Assembly: GCF_009914755.1 (NCBI RefSeq)
Contig: NC_060942.1
DNA length: 64,000 bases
Origin: the human T2T-CHM13v2.0 reference genome, Homo sapiens
Strand: one strand, 5' to 3'
Positions 56,794-64,000 of this stretch are shown here, piece by piece (position 1 is the stretch's first letter; each line of letters begins with the position of its first letter). The notes below the pieces were generated by a model. That model worked only from the letters and a program-made list of their open reading frames with translations. It had not been told where the DNA came from and made no database searches. The position numbers and the translations under genes are program-made.

Positions 56794-57370
56794 AAAACCT
56801 GAGGTATGACGAGATGAAGAGACTAAATTGCTCAAAGTCAAATAGGAGGTAAATGGACCTCAAATGAGCTTAGCTGTTAACTATGCTTTAGTTTAGCAAC
56901 AGAATTAAACACACATTTAGTCAAAAAGAGTTTATTGAGTGCCTGTGGTGTTTATCAGTGTGGTACAGTTAACACTAATGAGACAAAAGATTTTTTGAAG
57001 CATATGAGGATATAAACACTAGTAATTGTTAAGTATGTGCCTTAAATTGTATTACAACAAATATGTTAGACATCAAAACTGTAATATCACAGATAGTATT
57101 ACTTAGGGTAACGCTAAAGTAGATAAATAAGTTTTTAAATAAAGTTTATTTAAAGAAAAATAATAAAGATAACAATAGTTGGCATTATCAAACACTTATT
57201 TGCTATATAGTAATGTATATACTCATTTAATCAATATACTTATTTTGCATATACTCACTTATTTCATCAATTGTCAATGCAATACTTATATGTCAAAAAT
57301 TATGAAGGTGCTATTTATATAACTAAAACATGGAAAACACTGGGGAAAAAAGATGAAAACCATTGTTTTT

Positions 57371-60300
57371 GGTTTTTTTTCAATAGGTTTCTGGGGAACA
57401 GGTAGTGTTTGGTTACATAGATAAGTTCTTTAGTGGTAATTTCTGAGAATTTTGGCATACACATCACCCGAGCAGTGTACACTGTACTCAATATGTAGTC
57501 TTTTATCCCTGAACACCCCGGACCCTTTCCCCCCAAGTCCCCAAAGTCTAATGTATCATTCTTATGCTTTTGTGTCCTCATAGCTTAGCTCCCACATATG
57601 AGTGAGAACATAGGATGTTTGGTTTTGCATTCCTGAGTTACTTCATTTAGAATAATAGTCTCCAATTCCACCCAGGTTGCTGTGAATGCCATTATTTCGT
57701 TCTTTTTTATGGCTGAGCAGTATTCCATGGTATATCTATACCAGATTTTCTTTACCCACTCCATTGATTGATGGGCATTCGAGCTGCTTCCATATTTTTG
57801 CAATTGTGAATTGTGCTGCTATAAACATGCCTGTGCAAGTATGTTTTTTTGTATAATGACTTTTTTTTTCCTCTGAGAAGATACCTAGTGATGGGATTAC
57901 TGGATCAAATGGTAGGTCTACCTTTAGTTCTTTAAGGAATTGCCACACTGTTTTCCATAGTGGTTGTACTAGTTTACATTCCTACCAACAGTGTAAAAGT
58001 GTTCCCTTTTCACCGCATCCATGCCAACATCTATTATTTTTTTATTTTTTTATTATGGCCATTCTTGCAGGAGTGAGGTGGTATCATATTGTGGTTTTGA
58101 TTTGCATTTCCCTGATAATTAGTGATGTTGAGTATTTTTCCATATGCTTCTTGGCCATTTGTATATCTTCTTTTGAAAATTGTCTATTCATGTCCCTAGC
58201 CCACTTTTTGATGGGATTCTTTGTTTGTTTTTTCTTGCTGATTTGAGTTCCTTGTAGATTCTGGATATTAGTCCTCTGTTGGATATATATAGATTGTGAA
58301 GATTTTCTCCCACTCTGTGGGTTGTCTGTTAACTCTGCTGATTAACGCTTTTGCTGTGCAGAAGCTTTTTAGTTTAATTTAGTCCCATCTAGTTTCTTTG
58401 GTTTTATTGCATTTGCTTTTGGGTTCTTGGTCATGAAGTCTTTGCCTAAGCCAAATGTGTAGAAGGGTTTTTCCAGTTGTTATCTTCTAGAATTTTTATG
58501 GTTTCAGGTCTTAGATTTAAGTCTTTGATCCATCCTGAGCTGAGTTTTGTATAAGGTGAGAGATGAGGATCCAGTTTCATTCTTCATTCTTCAACATGTG
58601 GCTAGCTAATTATCCCAGCACCATTTGTTGAATACGGTGTCCTTTCCCCACTTTATGTTTTTGTTTGCTTTGTCAGAAATCAGTTGGCTGTAAGTATTTG
58701 GCTTCATTTCTGGGTTCACTGTTCTGTTCCATTGCTCTATGTGCCTATTTTTATACCAGTACTATGCTGTTTTGGTGACTACAGACTTACAGTATTGTTT
58801 GAAGTTGGGTAATGTGATGCCTCCAGATTTGTTCTTTTTGCTTAGTCTTCCTTTGGCTATGCAGGCTTTTTTTTTTTTTTGGATCTGTATGAATGTTAGG
58901 ATTGTTTTTTCTAGTTCTGTGAAGAATGATGTTGGTATTTTCATAGGAATGACATTGAATTTGTAGATTGTTTTTGGGAGTATGGTCATTTTCACAATAT
59001 TGATTATACCCATCCATGAGCATGGGATGTGTTTCCATTTGGTTGTGTTGTCTATGATTTATTTCAGCAGTGTTTTGTAGTTTTCCTTGTAGAGGCCTTT
59101 CATTGTTTTGGTTAGGCATATTCCTAAGTTTTGTTTTGTTTTGTTTTGCAGCTATTGTGAAAGGGACTGAGTTCTTGATTTGATTCTCAGCTTGGTCACT
59201 GTTGGTGGATAGCAGAGCTGCTAATTTGTGTACATTAAATTTTTATCATGAAACTTTGCTGAATTCATTCACCAGCTCTACAAGCTTTTTGGATGGGTCT
59301 TTAAGGTTTTCTAGGTATACGATCATATAATCAACAAACAGTGACAGTCTGACTTCCTCTTTAGCAATTTGCCCTTTGTTTCTTTCTCCTGTCTGATTGC
59401 TCTGGCTAGGACTTCCAATACTATGTTGAATAGAAGTGGTGAAAGTGGGCATTCTTGACTTGTTGCAGTTCTCAGGAAGAATGCTTTCAACTTTTCCCCA
59501 TTCAGTATAATGTTGGCTGTGGGTTTGTCATAGGTGGTTTTTATTACTTTAAGATATATCCCTTCTATGCTGATTTTGCTGAGGGTTTTAATCATAAAGT
59601 GATGCTGGATTTTGTCCAGTGCTTTTTCTGTGTCTATTGAGATGATCATGTGATTTTTGTTTTTAATTCTGTTTATATGATGTATCACATTTATTGACTT
59701 ACATATCTTAAGCCATCCCTGCATCCCTGGTATGAAACTCACTTGATCATCGTGGATTATCTTTTTGATATGCTGTTGAATTTGGTTCACCAGTATTTTG
59801 TTGAGGATTTTTGCACCTATGTTCATCAGAGATAGTGGTCTGTAGTTTTCTTTATTTTGGTATTAGGGTGATACTGGCTTCATAGAACGGTTTTTGGTGT
59901 GAGGGTGATACTGTTTCATAGAATGATTTAGGGGTGTTTTCCTCTTTCTCTATCTTTTGGAATATTGTCAGTAGGATTGGTACCAATTCTTCTTTGAATG
60001 TCTGATAGAATTCAGTTGTGAATCTGTCTGATCCTGGACTTTTTTGTTGTTGGCAATTTTTTTTATTACCATTTCAATCTTGCTGCTTGTTATTGGTCTG
60101 TTCAGAGGCTCTATATCTTCCTGTTTTAATCTAGGAGGGTTGTGTATTTCCAGGAATTTGTCCATCTTCTCTAGGTTTTCTAGTTTATGTGTGTATAAAG
60201 GTGTTCATAGCAGCCTTGAATAATCTTTTGTATTTTTGTGGTATCAGTAATAATATCTTCTGTTTCATTTCTAATTGAGCTTATTTGGATCTTCTCTCTT

Positions 60301-63020
60301 ATTTTCTTGGTTAATCTCACTAGCGGTCTTATCAATTCTATTTATCTTTTCAAAGAACCACCTTTTCATTTCATTTATCTTTTGTAATTTTTTTTGTTTC
60401 AATTTCATTTAGTTCTGCTCTGATCTTTGTTATTTCTCTCCTGCTTCTAGGTTTGGGTATGGATTGTTCTTGTTTCTCCAGTTTTGTGAGGTGTGACCTT
60501 ATATTGTCTAGTTGTCCTCTCTAGCCTTTTTGATGTAGGCATTTACTGCTATGAGCTTTTCTGCTAGCACCACTTTTGCTGTATCCCAGAGGTTTTGATA
60601 GGTTATGTCACCATTACCATTCACTGCAAAGAATTTTTAAATTTCAATCTTGATTTCATTGTTGACCCAATGATCATTCAGGAGCAGGTTACTTAATTTC
60701 CATGTATTTGCATGGTTTTGAGTGTTCCTTTTGGAGTTGATTTCCAATTTTATTCCACTGTGATCTGAGAGAGTACTTGATATAATTTCAATTTTCTTAA
60801 ATTTACTGAGACTTGTTTTGTGGCCTATCATATTATCTACCTTGGAGAATGTTCCACGTGCTGATGAATAGAATGTATAGTCTGCAGTTGTTGGGTAGAA
60901 TGTTCTCTAAATATCTGTTAAGTGCATTTGTTGTAGGGTATAGTTTAGGTCCATTGTTTCTTTGTTGACTTTCTGTCTTGAACACCTGTCCAGTGCTGTC
61001 AGTGGAGTATTAAAGTTGCCCACTATTATTGTGTTGCTGTCTATCTCATTTTTTAGGTCTAGTAGTAATTGTTTTATAAATTCAGGAGTTCCAGTGTTAG
61101 GTGCATATATATTTAGAATTGTGATATTTTTCTGTTGGACTAGTCTTCTTATCATTATATAATGTCCCTCTTTGTCTATCTTAACTGTTGTAGCTTTAAA
61201 GTTTGTTTTGTCTGATAGAAGAATAATTACTCTTGCTTGCTGCTTTTGGTGTCCATTTGCATGGGGTATCTTTTTCCATCCCTTTATCTTAAGTTTATGT
61301 GAGTCCTTTTGTGTTAGGTAAGTCTCCTGAAGACAGCAGAAACTTGGTTGGTTAATTCTTATCTGTTCTGCTATTCTGTGTCTTTTAAGTGGAGCATTTA
61401 GTCCATTTACATTCAACGTTAATATTGAGAGGTGAAGTACTATTCTGTCCATCATGCTACTTGTTGCCCGAATACCTTGGGGTTTTTTCATCATGTTATT
61501 GTTATATAGATCCTATGAGATTTATGCTTTAAGGAGCTTATATTTTGGTGTATTCCAAAGATTTGTTTCAAGATTTAGATCTCCTTTTAGCAGTTCTTGT
61601 AGTGCTGGCTTGGTAGTGGTGAATTCTGTCAGCATTTGTTTGTCTGTAAAAGACTGTATCTTTCCTTCATTTATGAAGCTTAGTTTCACTGGATACAAAA
61701 TTCTTGGCTAATTGTTTTAAGGAATCTAAAAATACGTACCCAATCCCCTCTAGCTTGTAGGTTTTCTGCTGAGGAATCTGCTTAATCTTAATTTGATAGG
61801 TTTTCCTTTATAGGTTACCTGATGCTTTTGCCTCACAGCTCTTAAGATTCTTTCCTTTTTCTTGACTTTAGATAACCTGATGACTATTTGCCTAGGCAAT
61901 TCTCTTTTTGCGATGAATTTCCCAGGTGTTCTTTCAGCTTTTTGTATTTGGATGTCTAGTTCAACAAGGCTGGGGAAGTTTCCCTCAATTATTCCCTCAA
62001 ATATGTTTTCCAAACTTTGAGATTTCTCTTCTTCCTTGGGAACACCAATTATTCTTAGGTTTGGATGTTTAACATAGTCTCAGACTTCATGGAGGCTTTG
62101 TTTGTTTTGATAAATTCTTTCCTCTTTGTCTTGGGTTGGGTTAATTCAAAAGCCTTGTCTTCGAGCTCTGAAGTTTTCTTCTGCTTGTTCAGTTTGATTG
62201 CTAAGACTTTCCATTGCATTTTGCATTTCTCTAAGTGTGTCCTTGATTTCCAGAACTTGTGATTGTTTTTTATTTATGCTATCTGTTTCACTGATGAATT
62301 TTCCTTTCGTATCCTGTATCATGTTTTTGATTATCTTAAGTTGGACTTCACCCTCTGGTGCCTCCTTAATTAGCTTAATAATCGACCTTCTGAATTCTTT
62401 TTCTGGCAATTAAGAGATTTAGTCTTGGTTTGGATCCACTGCTGGTGAGTTGGTATGATGTTTTGGGGGTGGTAAAAAAAAACAAAAAACAAAAAAACAA
62501 AAAACAAAACAAAATAAACCCTTGTTTTTTCATATTACTAGAATTGTTTTTCTGGTTCCTTCTCATTTGGGTAGACTATGTTAGAGGGAAGATCTGGGAT
62601 TCAGGGCTGCTGTTCAGATTCTTTTGTCCCATGAAGTGCTCCCTTGATGTGGTGCTCTCTTGCTTCCCCTAGAAATGGACTTCCTGAGAGCCAAACTGTA
62701 GTGATTGTTTTTTTCTCTTCTGGGTCTAGCCACCCAGCAGAGCTACCAGGATCCAGGCTAGTACTGGGGAATGTCTGCAAAGAGTCCTGTGATGTGATCC
62801 AATTTCAGGTCCTGCAGCTGTGGATGCCAGTACCTGCTCTGGTGGAGGTAAGAGGGGAGTGAAGTGGACTCCATGAGGGTCTTTGGTTGTGTTTTTGTTT
62901 AGTGCACTGGTTTTGTGTTGGTTGGCCTCCAGCCAGGAGGTGGCACTTTCAAGAGTACATCAGCTGTGGCCCTATAAGGAGGTTGCAAACTTGCCCTTGG
63001 GACACCTGGTTAAGTATTCT
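57371..63020 (-). mobile_element. Near-full-length L1PB (PB1-like), inactive, truncated in 5'UTR
   Basis: ORF1 pieces (62566-61750), EN domain (LNVNGLN, CCLQET, YAPN; 61494-60907), RT pieces (59826-59246), L1PB1-type 3'UTR; many frameshifts. Confidence 0.93.
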
Positions 63021-63021
63021 A

Positions 63022-63468
63022 TTTTTTTGTTTTTTTAATTCTTCGGCTAAGGCAGCAGCAGAAGTGATTTATTGTATGATTGTTACACTCGTCCACAAGT
63101 GAATACAGAAGTAGTACAGAATGTCACAGTTCCAGGGCAAAGGACCAAGATGGACAGTTTTGATTATGAGCAAGGTGGGTCTCAGAGGTGGTCTCAGCGA
63201 TCAGATGGCAATGAAAGTTCTAGATCCATTGAGACAAGCTCTAGACAGTAGCATGCAGTCCAACAACTTGTGCCAGCATCCCCAGCCTCTGGCACTTCAT
63301 GTTTCTGCTGCTGTGGCCTCCGCGGGTGCACAAGCTAGCAGTTTACTTGGGCCTCTGCCTCACCTTTCTTCTTTTGCGTTTCAGCCTGCGCATTCACTTC
63401 TTTCTCTGCTTGGCTCTCATGGTGCAGAAGTTTCCAAGAAGATGGCGCTAAGGCCGAGAGAGCAAAAG
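63022..63468 (-). pseudogene. RPL41 (eL41/eS32) processed pseudogene, full length
   Basis: - strand: pyrimidine 5' end cttttgctctctcggccttagcgcc, intronless 26-codon frame 63420-63343 = [24 protein letters not shown] (RPL41 is [25 protein letters not shown]; CGA>TGA at codon 9, 63396-63394), recognisable 3'UTR, AATAAA at 63073-63068, poly(A) 63036-63022. Confidence 0.95.
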
Positions 63469-63476
63469 TTGTTTTT

Positions 63477-63550
63477 GAAGTCAGACAGACCTGAATTTAA
63501 TTCTGAACTCTACCACTTAATAACTGTGACATGGACCAGGCAACTGAGGA
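63477..63550 (+). mobile_element. MIR fragment (host of the RPL41-L1 insertion)
   Basis: gaagtcagacagacctgaattt…ctctaccacttaataactgtgac. Confidence 0.7.
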
Positions 63551-63689
63551 TGGCTGATTATTATAACTTATTGTTATTATAAGTTATTATTATTATAACT
63601 TGTTTATCCCATATTAGTGAAAGACTTAGTAGACAATTGTTCATATATATAAACTCATGATACACATAAAGAAACATGCCATTATGAGA

Positions 63690-64000
63690 GTCATCAGAAA
63701 CAACAGATATTGATTCTCAAGGATTCAGAATTATCACATACAGAATATAAAATATCTGTGAAAAGTTTAATAAAATGAAAAAATAAATGAGCAAGAGACA
63801 TAGGATTAACAAAATAGACTTACTTTAAAAATAACTACATAAGCTTCTAGAAATAAAAGACATAACTATTGAAATTAAGAATGCAATCGATAGGTTATGC
63901 AGCAAACTTAAAGCAACTGTAGATAATATAACTGAAATGAAAGATAGCTCAAATAATTTACCCAGAAGTAGCAGAGAGATAAGGATCTAGTAACTGTAGG
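63690..64000 (+). mobile_element. Old L1M ORF1-region remnant, runs off window
   Basis: cttctagaaataaaa…attgaaattaagaatgcaat… coiled-coil-region motifs. Confidence 0.55.

Noticed and set aside
63121-63582. 153-aa + strand ORF as a gene
   Set aside because: Antisense to the RPL41 pseudogene and runs into a MIR; no promoter or homology evident.

Overview
Primate (human-like: AluY, AluS/J, L1PA/L1PB, THE1, MST) genomic DNA, mostly decayed interspersed repeats, with one CpG-island promoter at ~26.5-28.0 kb. On the - strand the island holds two tiny ATG-bearing first coding exons, both ending in phase-1 GT donors: MVFAP(G) at 27331-27316 and MSVQYPRRRATA(G) at 27766-27730. I recognise MVFAPG as the N-terminus of AKAIN1 (C18orf42, A-kinase anchor inhibitor 1). 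This is from memory, not a search; its main exon would lie left of base 1, so 1-27315 is intron and >28 kb is upstream intergenic DNA. A near-consensus REST/RE1 site lies in the 5'UTR. At the right end a full-length RPL41 processed pseudogene abuts the 5' end of a 5.6-kb L1PB, the two apparently sharing one TSD. An Alu at 56 kb carries a ~0.5-kb foreign insert between its body and its true tail/TSD. Nearly all ORFs in the track are repeat-derived or spurious. Repeat subfamily names and boundaries are by-eye calls. I see no strong evidence for a wholly new biological system; the best leads are regulatory (RE1, PKA motif in the alternative N-terminus) and retrotransposition/repair chimeras.
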